Shown: positions 10,726 through 20,758 of the stretch, in pieces
Position numbering within the stretch: the first letter of the stretch is position 1
Layout of the letters: the number at the start of each line of letters is the position of its first letter
Assembly (NCBI GenBank): GCA_963797485.1
Contig: CAWCPF010000003.1
Coordinates: 934,552 to 998,551, forward strand
DNA length: 64,000 bases
From: an uncultured Chloroflexia bacterium
GTDB taxonomy: Bacteria > Chloroflexota > Anaerolineae > Anaerolineales > E44-bin32
Direction: 5' to 3'
Translations under genes and position numbers: made by a program
Notes under the pieces: generated by a model
Database searches by the model: none
What the model was told of the DNA's origin: nothing
Seen by the model: only the letters and a program-made list of their open reading frames with translations

Positions 10726-11838
10726 TCAGCAGATGCGGGGTAACAGCTCGCTGGACAACACATCCACCACCCGGCGCGCGCCCAGGCCGGTGCGCATGAG
10801 CACCCGGCCGGCCGGCTCGGGCATGACCTGGCCGATGCGGCAGGCGTTTTGCCCATGGGGCGCCGCTCGCATGGCGTTCAACACCGCCTCGGCCTGCGCC
10901 CCGGGCACGATGGCCACCAGCTTGCCTTCGTTGGCCACGTAAAGCGGATCGAAACCCAGCATCTCGCAGGCCGCTTCCACAGCCGGGCCGATAGGTAGGC
11001 TGTGCTCATCGATTTCGATCCCGACCTGACTTTGGACGGCGATCTCGTTCAGGGTGGTGGCCAGACCGCCGCGGGTCGGATCTCGCAGCACATGCAGCTC
11101 GGCCCCGGAGGCGTGCATCGCCTCGACCAGGGCGGTCAACGGAGCCACGTCCGAGCGGACCTCGGCCTCGAATTCCAATTCGCCTCGGGCCGCCAGCACG
11201 GCGATCCCGTGGTCCCCCAGGCTGCCGGAAACCAGCACGGCATCCCCCGGCTTGGCGCCGGCGCCGCTGATAGCGCGGCCCTCGGGCACCACGCCCACGC
11301 CGCTGGTGTTGATGAACAGGGCGTCGCCTTTGCCGCGCGGCACGACCTTGGTGTCCCCGGCGACAATCTGAATCCCGGCCTCATCGGCGGCGGCGCGCAT
11401 GGAAGCCGCCACTTGCTGGAGCGTCGAGAGCGCCAGGCCCTCCTCGAGAATGAAACCGGCGGTGAGCCACAGCGGACGCGCCCCGACCATGAGCAGGTCA
11501 TTGACCGTGCCGGAGACCGCCAGCCGGCCGATATCCCCGCCGGGGAAGAAGAGCGGAGTGACGATGTGCGAGTTGGTCGAGAAGGCCAGCCGGCCGCCGC
11601 CCGGCCAATCCATGACCGCCGAGTCATCCCCCTGGCGCAGAAACGGGTTGTCAAACGGCGGATAGAACATCCGGGCAATCAGGTTCTGGGTCAGTTTGCC
11701 GCCGCTGCCATGGCCGAGCACCACCTGATCGTCGTGGCGCAGCGGCATCGGGCAGGCGGCGCCTTCGAACCCGCCGGCCGGCTGCTGGCTGGCGTCGGCG
11801 TCTTGAAGACGGGCCGGGCGGCCGGTAGTCTGGCTCAT
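10726..11838 (-). CDS. hypE: Hydrogenase maturation carbamoyl dehydratase HypE
   Basis: GHGSGGK, GDTKVV, RDPTRGG, C-terminal PRIC. Confidence 0.97.
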   Translation of the reverse strand: MSQTTGRPARLQDADASQQPAGGFEGAACPMPLRHDDQVVLGHGSGGKLTQNLIARMFYPPFDNPFLRQGDDSAVMDWPGGGRLAFSTNSHIVTPLFFPGGDIGRLAVSGTVNDLLMVGARPLWLTAGFILEEGLALSTLQQVAASMRAAADEAGIQIVAGDTKVVPRGKGDALFINTSGVGVVPEGRAISGAGAKPGDAVLVSGSLGDHGIAVLAARGELEFEAEVRSDVAPLTALVEAMHASGAELHVLRDPTRGGLATTLNEIAVQSQVGIEIDEHSLPIGPAVEAACEMLGFDPLYVANEGKLVAIVPGAQAEAVLNAMRAAPHGQNACRIGQVMPEPAGRVLMRTGLGARRVVDVLSSELLPRIC

Positions 11839-12953
11839 GCGTCGGCCGCCTTCTCGGACATCGGTTCAGCGAAACGGCCGTACTGATAGTAGGCCGCGCA
11901 GGCCCCTTCGGAGGAGACCATGGTCGCCCCCAGCGGGTGTTCGGGCGTGCACAGCGTGCCAAACGCCGGACAATCGACCGGGCGCTTCAAGCCCTGCAGA
12001 ATTTGGCCGGCGATGCAAAGCGGCGACTCGGCCGGCTGGATGTGTCCGACATCGAACCGCTGCTCGGCATCGAACGCCGCATACTCCGGCCGCAGGCACC
12101 AGCCGCTCTGTGGGATCAGGCCCACGCCGCGCCACTTGCGATCGCACGACATGAAGACCCTGTCAATGATGGCCTGGCCGGGCAAGTTGCCATCGAAGGT
12201 CACGGCCCGAGCGTAGGCATTGCTCACCTCGGCCCGTCCGGCTTCGAGCAGGCGCACGGTCTCCCGGATCCCCTGCACGATATCCAGCGGTTCGAAGCCG
12301 GTCACCACGATCGGCACGCCGTATTTCTCGGCCAGGGGCGGGTACTCCCAATAACCCATCACGGCGCACACGTGGCCGGCGGCAAGGAATCCCTGCACCC
12401 GGTTCTGAGGCGAGCCGAGGATGGCGTGCATGGCCGGCGGGACGCGCACGTGTGAAACCAGAACGGAGAAGTTGGTCAGCCCGAACGCCTCGGCCTGGAT
12501 GACACTCATGGCGTTGGCCGGTGCGGTGGTCTCGAACCCGATGGCGAAGAACACGACCTGTTTATCGGGGTTTTGGCGCGCGATTTTGACCGCGTCCAAA
12601 GGTGAGTAGACCGTGCGAACGTCGGCGCCCTGGGCGCGCACCGAGAACAGGTCCCGGCCGCTGCCGGGAACGCGCAGCATGTCGCCGTACGAGGTGAAGA
12701 TGACATCCGGCCGAGAGGCGATCGCCAGGGCCTTGTCGATCAGCTCGAGTGGGGTGACGCACACCGGGCAGCCGGGTCCGTGCACCAGCTCGATCTCGGG
12801 TGGCAGGAGCTGGTCGATGCCGTGGCGCACAATGGCATGCGTTTGTCCGCCGCAGATCTCCATCAATACCCAGGGCTGGGTGACCTGCCGGCGGATATCG
12901 GCCAGCACCTTGGAGACTTTTTCTGCGTCGCGGTACTCGGTCACGTACTTCAT
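11835..12953 (-). CDS. hypD: Hydrogenase maturation protein HypD
   Basis: [36 protein letters not shown]. Confidence 0.97.
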   Translation of the reverse strand: MKYVTEYRDAEKVSKVLADIRRQVTQPWVLMEICGGQTHAIVRHGIDQLLPPEIELVHGPGCPVCVTPLELIDKALAIASRPDVIFTSYGDMLRVPGSGRDLFSVRAQGADVRTVYSPLDAVKIARQNPDKQVVFFAIGFETTAPANAMSVIQAEAFGLTNFSVLVSHVRVPPAMHAILGSPQNRVQGFLAAGHVCAVMGYWEYPPLAEKYGVPIVVTGFEPLDIVQGIRETVRLLEAGRAEVSNAYARAVTFDGNLPGQAIIDRVFMSCDRKWRGVGLIPQSGWCLRPEYAAFDAEQRFDVGHIQPAESPLCIAGQILQGLKRPVDCPAFGTLCTPEHPLGATMVSSEGACAAYYQYGRFAEPMSEKAADA

Positions 12954-13210
12954 GGCGACTGGGGGTCCGGGCCCAACTCGGCCGACAAATCGGCGATCTC
13001 GTTGAGGGTCTCGAGCGAGGCCTTGGCCTCCTCCTCGCTCAGCCGGCTGATGGCAAAGCCGACATGGATCACGGTGTAATCGCCCAGTTTAGCCTCAGGA
13101 ACGTACTCAAGGCAGGCTTCGCGAACGACCCCCCCAAAGTCCACCTTGCCCATGCGCAGCCCGCCGGCGGAATAAATCTCGATGATCTTCCCAGGCACAG
13201 CCAGACACAT
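12950..13210 (-). CDS. hypC: Hydrogenase chaperone HypC
   Basis: MCLAVPGK N-terminus, IHVGFAI. Confidence 0.97.
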   Translation of the reverse strand: MCLAVPGKIIEIYSAGGLRMGKVDFGGVVREACLEYVPEAKLGDYTVIHVGFAISRLSEEEAKASLETLNEIADLSAELGPDPQSP

Positions 13211-13215
13211 GTTGC

Positions 13216-15564
13216 TTACCTCCCGATTTCCGGCACCAGTCCGGCGGCGGCCCGCGCGCCGGCAATGACCGCCTGGCCCAAAGCCAGGCCTCCGTCATTG
13301 GCCGGCACCTGCCGATGGACCACGACGTTAAATCCAGCCCCATCCAGACCCAGCCGGACGGCCTCCAGCAGGGTCAGGTTCTGCCACACGCCTCCGCTCA
13401 AGGCAATCGTTTCAATGGCGTGCGTTACTCGGACCCGCCGGCAGACTTCAATCACCATGGCTGCCGCCCCGCGGTGGAATCGGGCCGAGATGCGCGCCGG
13501 AGACGCACCGCGGCGCACATCGTGAAGAACGGAGGCGATCACGGGTGCCGGGTCCACCACGCCACCGGCTGTGAGCTCGAAATCGTAGGCACCGGTTTCG
13601 GCGGGATCGGCCAGCGCCTCGAGCTCGATGGCCGCCTGGCCTTCATAGTTGACCCGGTGGCACACCCCGGCCAGGGACGACACGCCGTCGAACAGTCGGC
13701 CGAAGCTGGTGGTCAACGGGCTGTTCAGCCCTTGATCAAGCTGCCGGGCCACAAGGCTCCGAGTCCGTTCCTCGGCTTGGGCCACCGACGGCAAGTCCGG
13801 GTCCCATGCCAACCCTGCCTGCCGCAACAGGCTGAGGGCCAAGCGCCAAGGCTCACGGACGGCGGCGTCGCCGCCGGGCATGGGGAAGGGAGCCAGATGG
13901 TACAGGCGATCGAAGGACAGGTAGTCGGCCGCCAGGAATTCCCCGCCCCAGATCAGCCCGTCGGTGCCATATCCCGTCCCATCGAATGCGACCCCCAGCA
14001 CCGGGACCGACCCGTCCAGACCGGCATCGGCCATGGCGGCGGCGATGTGGGCGTGGTGATGTTGGATGCCAACCGCCGGCAGGCCGGCTTCGGCTTGGGC
14101 CAGCGCGTAACGCGTCGCCAGGTAGTCCGGATGCAGGTCGTACGCGACCAGCTCGGGCTTGATGCGAAACAGCCGGCGATAGTGCTCAATACCGCTCTCG
14201 TAGGCCTGAAGGGTCTCGTAATTTTCGAGATCTCCAATATGGTGGCTCAGGAACGCGTTGCGGTCGCGAGTGAGGCAGAAGGTGTTCTTGAGCTCCGCCC
14301 CGGTGGCCAGCACAGGCGGCATGTCGAACGGCAGCCGGATGGGGGCCGGCGCGTACCCGCGAGCCCGGCGGATGGGATAGACGCTTTCATGGACAACCCG
14401 CACCACCGAGTCATCGCAGCGGGTCTGGATGTCGCGGTCGTGCATCAGGAAGCCATCCGCCAGAGACTTCAACCGCTGCGTGGCGTCGTGATTGTCGGTG
14501 GCGATCGGCTCCTCACTCAGATTGCCGCTGGTCATCACCAGCGCGTCAGGGAAGCCGGCGGCCGGCTCGAGCAGCAGCACATGCAGGGGCGTGTAAGGCA
14601 GCATGACGCCGACCGTGGCCTGCCTGGGAGCCACCGCCTCGGCCAGTTCGGATTCGGGCCGGCGTTGGAGGATCACAACCGGGTGTTCCGGCGACTCCAG
14701 CAAACGCGCTTCGGCAGGGCTGAGGAAACAATGCCGGCGGATGGCATCCAGATCGGGCATCATCAAGGCGAAGGGCTTGTCGACGCGGCCCTTGCGTTCC
14801 CGCAGGGTTTGCAGCGCGGACGGACTGGCGGCGTTGCAGGCGAGGTGGAAGCCCCCCAGCCCTTTGACGGCCAGGATGTGGCCGCCTGCCAATAAGGCCC
14901 TGGCCGCCCGCAGCCCAGCCTCGTGTTCGGCGCGCAGCTGTAAGTCGATCTCGAACCAGACGTGCGGTCCGCACGCGGGGCAGGCCACCGGCTGGGCGTG
15001 AAAACGCCGGTCGAGAGGGTCGTCGTATTCGGCCTGACACGCCGGGCACAGGTCGAATGCAGCCATGGTGGTCAACGGCCGATCATAGGGGATGTCCCGG
15101 ATGATAGTGAAACGCGGCCCGCAGTTGGTGCAGTTGATGAAGGGGTAGCGGTAGCGGCGATCGTCAGGGTCAAGCAGCTCGCGCCGGCAGTCCGGACACA
15201 GGGCGACGTCGGGTGAAATCGGCTGATAGGCCGCTTCGACGGCCTGGGAAGCGATGATCTCGAAGGATCGGCAGCCATTGGGAGACAGCGGCCCGACAGT
15301 GAGAGCCTCGACGCGAGCCAGAGGAGGGGCTTCCTGCCGCAGGGCGTCCACAAAAGCCTGTAAGGCCGCCTCCGGGCCTTCAACCTCAACATCGACTCCG
15401 GCCGAGGTGTTGCGGACCCATCCATGCAGGTCCAGGCGCTTCGCCAGGCTGTACACGAACGGACGAAAGCCGACGCCCTGGACAATTCCGTCCACGTGAA
15501 TGTGGACGGCCTGGTCATGGCTTGAATCCCTGGCCTCGAGGGCTGCGATCTGCGCGTCCATCAT
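13216..15564 (-). CDS. hypF: Carbamoyltransferase HypF
   Basis: GIVQGVGFRPF acylphosphatase domain, CxxC zinc fingers, QHHHAH, PANDGGLALGQ. Confidence 0.97.
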   Translation of the reverse strand: MMDAQIAALEARDSSHDQAVHIHVDGIVQGVGFRPFVYSLAKRLDLHGWVRNTSAGVDVEVEGPEAALQAFVDALRQEAPPLARVEALTVGPLSPNGCRSFEIIASQAVEAAYQPISPDVALCPDCRRELLDPDDRRYRYPFINCTNCGPRFTIIRDIPYDRPLTTMAAFDLCPACQAEYDDPLDRRFHAQPVACPACGPHVWFEIDLQLRAEHEAGLRAARALLAGGHILAVKGLGGFHLACNAASPSALQTLRERKGRVDKPFALMMPDLDAIRRHCFLSPAEARLLESPEHPVVILQRRPESELAEAVAPRQATVGVMLPYTPLHVLLLEPAAGFPDALVMTSGNLSEEPIATDNHDATQRLKSLADGFLMHDRDIQTRCDDSVVRVVHESVYPIRRARGYAPAPIRLPFDMPPVLATGAELKNTFCLTRDRNAFLSHHIGDLENYETLQAYESGIEHYRRLFRIKPELVAYDLHPDYLATRYALAQAEAGLPAVGIQHHHAHIAAAMADAGLDGSVPVLGVAFDGTGYGTDGLIWGGEFLAADYLSFDRLYHLAPFPMPGGDAAVREPWRLALSLLRQAGLAWDPDLPSVAQAEERTRSLVARQLDQGLNSPLTTSFGRLFDGVSSLAGVCHRVNYEGQAAIELEALADPAETGAYDFELTAGGVVDPAPVIASVLHDVRRGASPARISARFHRGAAAMVIEVCRRVRVTHAIETIALSGGVWQNLTLLEAVRLGLDGAGFNVVVHRQVPANDGGLALGQAVIAGARAAAGLVPEIGR

Positions 15565-15573
15565 CGCTTGGGC

Positions 15574-16239
15574 TCAGCCGGCCGTGCGTACGGCCAGCAG
15601 CCCCTCCAGCCATTCGATCCAGGCCGGCAGACCTTCCCCGGTCCGACAGGAGAGCGGGAAGGTTGTCAGGCCCGGATTGAGAATCTCGACCCCGGTCTGG
15701 AAACGGCCCATATCGAACTCCACGTATGGTGCCAGGTCGATCTTGTTGATCACCAGCGCGTCGACGCCGCGGTACATCCCCGGATACTTGTACGGTTTGT
15801 CGTCACCTTCGGGCACCGAGGCCACCAGCACGCTTCGGTGCGTGCCGAGCTGAAATCCAGCCGGGCAGATGAGGTTGCCGACGTTTTCGACAATCAGCAG
15901 GTGCAGCGCTTGGAGGTCGAGTTCGTTCAACCCGCCGTTCAGCATGACGGCGTCCAGGTGGCATTCGCCCCCGGTGTTGATCTGGACCGCCGTAGCCCCC
16001 GCGGCGGCGGCGCGGTCGGCGTCGATGCTGGTGGCCACGTCCCCGTCGATCACCCCGATACGCCACTTGCGGTCGAGCCCCGCCAGCGTGCGCTCGATCA
16101 AGGACGTCTTGCCCGCCCCGGGTGAGGCCATGATGTTGATGCCAAACACGTGCGCCTCGTCCAGCCGGCGGCGGTTCTGCTCGGCCAGACGATCGTTGGC
16201 GCTGAGGATCTTCTCAACCACGGCTACACGTTGGCTCAT
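15574..16239 (-). CDS. hypB: Hydrogenase nickel-insertion GTPase HypB
   Basis: SPGAGKT, TGGECHLDA, ENVGNLICPA, NKID; real start MSQRVAVVEK at 16239. Confidence 0.96.
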   Translation of the reverse strand: MSQRVAVVEKILSANDRLAEQNRRRLDEAHVFGINIMASPGAGKTSLIERTLAGLDRKWRIGVIDGDVATSIDADRAAAAGATAVQINTGGECHLDAVMLNGGLNELDLQALHLLIVENVGNLICPAGFQLGTHRSVLVASVPEGDDKPYKYPGMYRGVDALVINKIDLAPYVEFDMGRFQTGVEILNPGLTTFPLSCRTGEGLPAWIEWLEGLLAVRTAG

Positions 16240-16620
16240 GTCGACTCTTCCGCCTGGATCGGGAGCTCGGCCCCCTCGGTCTCGATATCGATGGCCTCCA
16301 GCCTGAACTCGTCCCCGGCCACCACCTTGACTTTGGACCCCCCGCACTCGGGGCAGTCGAAGCTCGTATCCGACATTCTGAAGCGCGTGCTGCAATCAAG
16401 GCACACAAGCTCAGCCGGCACGCGCTCGAAGTGCAGCTGAGCGCCCTCAGCGAGCGTGCCCTGGCTGATGACATCCCAATAGAACTGGATCGAAATCGTC
16501 GACGAAGCTCGAAAGCTGGCCGAGGACCAGGTATAGGTGGGTGATGCGCGAGGCATGCGCCTGGCGCGCCTGGCGCTGGGCGATTTCGAGGATGCTCTCA
16601 GCCACGGGCAGTTCGTGCAT
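16236..16620 (-). CDS. hypA: Hydrogenase nickel chaperone HypA (one apparent frameshift near 16495)
   Basis: MHELPVAESIL N-terminus read at 16620; CLDC...CPECG in the downstream frame; span is 385 bp (3n+1). Confidence 0.9.
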
Positions 16621-16673
16621 CTCCGACCTCTCGACCCACCCTAAAGGATAGGCGGGCGTGCCCGGCCGGTGGA

Positions 16674-16731
16674 GTGGGTTAAGTCATGCTTCCGTCATGA
16701 ACTGATTCATGGCGGGAATGACGTTCGTCAG
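16674..16731. promoter_or_regulatory. Three spaced 14-bp imperfect palindromes upstream of hypA
   Basis: GTGGGTTAAGTCAT (16674), ATGAACTGATTCAT (16697), ATGACGTTCGTCAG (16718). Confidence 0.4.
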
Positions 16732-16835
16732 GCGATCATCGCCTCGGCACAGCGGCGCGGGGCTTCGGGGCCGCTGGTCAGGGTGATGAGGATCTCGTCA
16801 TCCAGGAACCTTAAGCCCTTTCCAGCCGAACGGCC

Positions 16836-17312
16836 CTAGAACGACAACGTGATGGCGTTCTGTGACGCGAATTCAAGGAAGGTGGCCGCACCGCCGATTT
16901 CGATGTCGGTGATCAGGTCCTCGCGCTTGATGCCCATCACGTCCATGGTCATCTGGCAGGCGATCAGGCGCACCTTCATCTCGATGGCCACCTCGAGCAG
17001 TTCGCTCAGCTTGGCGACATTAGCCTTGTGCATCATGTCGTTCATCATGTAGGTGGCCATGGCGGTCATCCCCGGCAGGACACCGACCACATTGGGGACC
17101 GGCATGGGCATGGCCGGGTTGGCCAGAGGGGCAACCTGCAGCGAGTCGATGTGGCCCTCTTTGAGGATGTTCAGACCATAGAAGGTGAAGAAGATGGCCG
17201 CTTCCATATCCATGGCGGCGGCTGCGGTCGCCAGGATGAAGGGCGGGTAAGCCAGGTCCAGAGTTCCATGGGCGGCGATGATCGCCAATCGTTTGTCGCT
17301 TCCTTCTGACAT
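16836..17312 (-). CDS. DsrE/DsrF-like (DsrE2-type) sulfur-relay protein
   Basis: YPPFILATAAAAM, FFTFYGL, IACQMTMDVMG. Confidence 0.9.
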   Translation of the reverse strand: MSEGSDKRLAIIAAHGTLDLAYPPFILATAAAAMDMEAAIFFTFYGLNILKEGHIDSLQVAPLANPAMPMPVPNVVGVLPGMTAMATYMMNDMMHKANVAKLSELLEVAIEMKVRLIACQMTMDVMGIKREDLITDIEIGGAATFLEFASQNAITLSF

Positions 17313-17436
17313 TGCTGCCTCCTCGGCGGTCGTATGCCGCCGGTCTATGCCTTCGAGTCGGGGCTGGTCATGAGAATTGAGCCGTCGGGCCGGGCTGCCG
17401 TCCTGCCGGATCTTTTGGGCGAGGCGCCCGGCGGTT

Positions 17437-17673
17437 CTACTTAGCCTTCTTGATGTAGAAAATATGTTTGGACTCTTCTTCTTCGTGTCCAAGCAGTTCA
17501 TGGCCGGTCTTGGCCGTCCAGGCGCTGATGTCCGGAACCGCTCCCGGATCGGTGGCGATCATTTTGAGCACCTGGCCGATTTGCATCGCATCCACGGCCT
17601 TTTTGGTCTTGAGGATCGGCATCGGGCACGACAGCCCGCTGCAGTCCAGGGTTTGATCAGCTTGCATACTCAT
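17437..17673 (-). CDS. tusA: TusA-family sulfur carrier
   Basis: LDCSGLSCPMP, ATDPGAVPDI. Confidence 0.92.
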   Translation of the reverse strand: MSMQADQTLDCSGLSCPMPILKTKKAVDAMQIGQVLKMIATDPGAVPDISAWTAKTGHELLGHEEEESKHIFYIKKAK

Positions 17674-17721
17674 GGTGGGGTGTCCTCCTGGGGGATTTGG
17701 GGTGGGTTAGAAGGCCGGGGT

Positions 17722-18048
17722 TCAGGCCAATTCAAGGTTGGCGCGCTGCTGGTTGACATCGCGCACGACGCCCCGCAACAGGTCCAGGGCTTCGATCATG
17801 CGCCGGTCTCGCAAGGCATAGATCACGCTGGTCCCCTCGCGTTCGGTCGTCACCAGATCGCGGTCGCGGAGCACTTTGAGATGGCGCGAGGCCGTGGGCT
17901 GCGGGATGCCCAGGCTCTTGGACATCTCGGTTACGTTGCACGACCGCTCGGCGAGGCAATACAACATGCGGATGCGGGTGGGGTCGGCCAGGGCGCTGCA
18001 GACTCCACTGTGGAGCAAGGAAATCTCCTGCTCGAGCCTGTTGTCCAT
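17722..18048 (-). CDS. ArsR/SmtB-family repressor
   Basis: ALADPTRIRML, QPTASRHLKVLR, REGTSVIY; three Cys in the N-terminal half. Confidence 0.92.
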   Translation of the reverse strand: MDNRLEQEISLLHSGVCSALADPTRIRMLYCLAERSCNVTEMSKSLGIPQPTASRHLKVLRDRDLVTTEREGTSVIYALRDRRMIEALDLLRGVVRDVNQQRANLELA

Positions 18049-18061
18049 GCGCACATCCCTA

Positions 18062-18079
18062 TATTCGGATAAGCGAATA
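18062..18079. promoter_or_regulatory. ArsR-family operator (ATTC-N8-GAAT)
   Basis: TATTCG-GATAAG-CGAATA inverted repeat immediately upstream of the arsR gene. Confidence 0.65.
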
Positions 18080-18082
18080 GAT

Positions 18083-18100
18083 TTGTGAAAAATGTAACAA
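18083..18100. promoter_or_regulatory. Putative Rex operator
   Basis: TTGTGAAAAATGTAACAA compared with Rex consensus TTGTGAA-N4-TTCACAA. Confidence 0.6.
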
Positions 18101-18238
18101 TCTCTGGCCATCCGCGTCACTGCATGCTGTCACATTTGCGGAAGAAGAATGTCATGGGGAAAGGCGCGAACCAGGGCACGCAGCCTGGCGTGCCCTGGTA
18201 GTTTCATGCTCAAGGGCCCGCCAGCCTGGCGGGGTGTT

Positions 18239-19420
18239 TTAGCCGGTGGGGATGGCGCCTTTCAAAGAGGCCGGGTCCACCGGGCCCGGCTCGGCGATCA
18301 AGGCGCGGGCGGCGTCGACCTGGCCCCACACGTCCCAGAGCAGGACGCCGCGCACCCGGCCGGCCTCGAGGTAGTACACGGCGCCTTTCTTGAACGGCGT
18401 GTGCCAATCGGCCACGGTTTGCAGGCGGCTGTCCAGCTTGCCCACGGCTTCATAGCCCAGTTCGAACAGGTCGGAGTAGAAGAAGGGCAGGTGATCGTAT
18501 TGGACGGCTTCGCCGGCCATGGCGCGGCCGGCCATTTGGCCCATCGTGTTGGCATTGTCCTCGTGCTCGACGCGCAGGCGCTCGCCCAGCGCCGGGTTGA
18601 AGAACGCGGCCACGTCGCCGGCGGCGAACACCTCGGGCTGGCTGGTTTGCAGGCCGGAGTCGACGACGATGCCGTTGTCCACAACCAACCCGGCCGCTTC
18701 GGCCATACCGGTGTTCGGGGTGATGCCGATGCCGGCCACCACGGCCTGCGTCTCGATGGCTTCGCCGAACTCGAGTTTGACGGACATGGCCCCCGGCTCG
18801 CCGGCCACATCGACCACATTGGCGCCCGATCGCACGTCCACCCCTTTGTCCCTGAAGAAGCCGGTGACCGACTTGGACAGGTCCGCCGGGTAGGCGCGCG
18901 CACCGATGCCTGGCTCCGGGAAAAGCATCGTGACCTGCCGGCCGTTCATCTGCAGTGCGGCGGCCAGCTCGGATCCTATGAAGCCGCCTCCGATGACGAC
19001 GAATCGCTCCAGCTCGCCGGACAGACTGCGCAATCGGCGGTAGTCCCGCAGGCTTCGGAAGTAGACGATTGAATCCCCGCCGAACGCGAAGCGGCGCGGC
19101 CGTCCGCCGGTGGCCAGCAGGAGCTTCTGGTAGCCATAGGCGGTCCCTTGCTTGTCGAGCACACGCTGGTTCTTGAATTGAAGTTCGGTGACCGTGGTGC
19201 CCAGGTGCATGTCAACCTTGCGCTCGTCCGTCCGCCGCCAGATGGTGTCAAGGTCCTTACCTTTCCACAGGGCTTTGGTCAGGGGCGGACGGTTGTAAGG
19301 GGGGTCGGGTTCGGCTGAGACCAGCCCAATGCTCCCGTCCGAATCCAGCTCGCGGATCCCGCGCACGGCGGCGTCGGCCGCCATGCCCCCGCCGACGATC
19401 AGGTATTGGTAGTCCGGCAT
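18239..19420 (-). CDS. FAD-dependent pyridine nucleotide oxidoreductase (ferredoxin-reductase/AIF-like)
   Basis: IVGGGMAA, PYNRPPLTK, LLATGG, IGGGFIGSE, FAAGDVA, RVEHED. Confidence 0.92.
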   Translation of the reverse strand: MPDYQYLIVGGGMAADAAVRGIRELDSDGSIGLVSAEPDPPYNRPPLTKALWKGKDLDTIWRRTDERKVDMHLGTTVTELQFKNQRVLDKQGTAYGYQKLLLATGGRPRRFAFGGDSIVYFRSLRDYRRLRSLSGELERFVVIGGGFIGSELAAALQMNGRQVTMLFPEPGIGARAYPADLSKSVTGFFRDKGVDVRSGANVVDVAGEPGAMSVKLEFGEAIETQAVVAGIGITPNTGMAEAAGLVVDNGIVVDSGLQTSQPEVFAAGDVAAFFNPALGERLRVEHEDNANTMGQMAGRAMAGEAVQYDHLPFFYSDLFELGYEAVGKLDSRLQTVADWHTPFKKGAVYYLEAGRVRGVLLWDVWGQVDAARALIAEPGPVDPASLKGAIPTG

Positions 19421-19504
19421 CCTGGTCTCCTTGGCAGTCCGGTCACCCCAAAAACTCTACCACGCCCGGCCGTGGCCGGATGGCTGGTCCGAGGCTTGGT
19501 TGGC

Positions 19505-19533
19505 TTGATTTAGCCTGGGGGTTCCTTTAGAAT
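19505..19533 (+). promoter_or_regulatory. Sigma70-type promoter of the tRNA gene
   Basis: TTGATT-17bp-TAGAAT upstream of the tRNA at 19570. Confidence 0.65.
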
Positions 19534-19569
19534 ACCGTCGCCTGGTTTGAACCCAACGGCCAACGATTT

Positions 19570-19641
19570 GGCGACGTAGCTCAGTGGTAGAGCAGGGAAC
19601 TCATAAGCCCTTGGTCACTGGTTCGAATCCAGTCGTCGCCA
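19570..19641 (+). tRNA. tRNA with CAT anticodon (probably elongator Met), copy 1, no encoded CCA
   Basis: GGCGACG/CGTCGCC acceptor stem, TAGCTCAGTGGTAGAGC D-arm, CTCATAA loop, GGTTCGAATCC T-arm. Confidence 0.9.
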
Positions 19642-19646
19642 CAGAT

Positions 19647-19676
19647 CAGGCCCCGGATTGTCGGGGTCTGTTGTTT
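19647..19676 (+). terminator. Intrinsic terminator after tRNA copy 1
   Basis: CAGGCCCCGG-ATTG-TCGGGGTCTG followed by TTGTTT. Confidence 0.7.
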
Positions 19677-20109
19677 GACTATCCCCTCGTTTGGCGTGAT
19701 GTACGATTGGTTGGCCCCACCCACATCTCAGGATCGTGCCCAATATTCCACCCATTCGGAGGCCCGACATGTCGCGCCCCCACGCTGTCGGACTTCGCCC
19801 CCAGGAGTCGGCTGCCAGCGAACCGTGTCTATGAGGAAGCAAAGCATGGACACCCTGGCGAGAAGAGGACATGGGTAAACTATCCAGGGACTGGTTCTGA
19901 CAGCTTTCGAGGACTGAGCGACGACATGGCTAGGCGCTCACTCTGCACAATGGTTGAGCGCAAAGCAATTCTGGATCCGGAAGGCAAGGGCTCGCCTCGA
20001 CGCTGCAGAACATGCGCGCGACTGATGGGCTACGGGGACATTGCCACCGCCTCCGCGACCTGAGGGGGACAGGCCGGGGAGGCGGCGGGACGGATTGTTG
20101 CCCGCCGGA

Positions 20110-20493
20110 CTAGTGGACTTTCTCCCGAACACGGCTAATTCGATGCTGCGAGTGCTCTTGAGCAACTCGTGCCTGTTCAACAACGTGTTTCAGTTGGATA
20201 ACTAGCCAAGAATTGAGGCTCATCTGAGCTTCCATTGCGTGTAAGAACGCCTCCTTGTGCAGCTCGCTGCCCATTCGTAAATTCAAGACGCCAGAGAACG
20301 GTCGCTCAGGCTCTTCTCCCCTTTCCGAACAGAAGTCAAGATAATCTTCCACCGAATCGTGAAACGCCTGTACCAGTTCAGATGGATTTTCTGCCTCGAA
20401 CGTTATGACATCGCGGGTATTCGCCACGCTGCCGTGCAGAATACCGGCGTCTTCGTCTAGTTCAACGGTAGCCAGATAGCCCTTGTATTCCAT
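20110..20493 (-). CDS. hicB: HicB-family antitoxin
   Basis: MEYKGY..., RDVITFE, FHDSVEDYLDFC, PERPFSGVLNLR, SLNSW (RHH). Confidence 0.93.
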   Translation of the reverse strand: MEYKGYLATVELDEDAGILHGSVANTRDVITFEAENPSELVQAFHDSVEDYLDFCSERGEEPERPFSGVLNLRMGSELHKEAFLHAMEAQMSLNSWLVIQLKHVVEQARVAQEHSQHRISRVREKVH

Positions 20494-20497
20494 GCTG

Positions 20498-20752
20498 CTA
20501 CTCCTCTACCCCTGCTTCCTCTACAAACCTACGAATGTCTCTCACGGTGCTCCTTGAAATCTCCTTCTCAGGGTGGGGCTTGTGGAAGGTTGCCCGCACC
20601 CCATTCAGGGCAAACCGGACCCTGGAGCCTCTCCCCTGAGATGTTTCGGCGCCGAGCGCCATCAAAAGGGCTTCAACGTCATCCCATCGTAAGTTCGACG
20701 GCGCCGGTTCAGTCTGTATGGCATCAAGAAGCTTCCTGTGCTTGCGCCTCAC
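20498..20752 (-). CDS. hicA: HicA-family mRNA interferase toxin
   Basis: LRWDDVEALL, GRGSRVRF, FHKPHP. Confidence 0.93.
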   Translation of the reverse strand: MRRKHRKLLDAIQTEPAPSNLRWDDVEALLMALGAETSQGRGSRVRFALNGVRATFHKPHPEKEISRSTVRDIRRFVEEAGVEE

Positions 20753-20758
20753 TTTTGG

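Noticed and set aside
13315-14895. Long antisense ORFs (e.g. 526 aa opposite hypF, 470 aa opposite xdh, 399 aa opposite fucI)
   Set aside because: Shadow ORFs expected in high-GC coding DNA
10726-16620. Hydrogenase structural genes
   Set aside because: Only maturation genes are present; no large or small subunit motifs in the window
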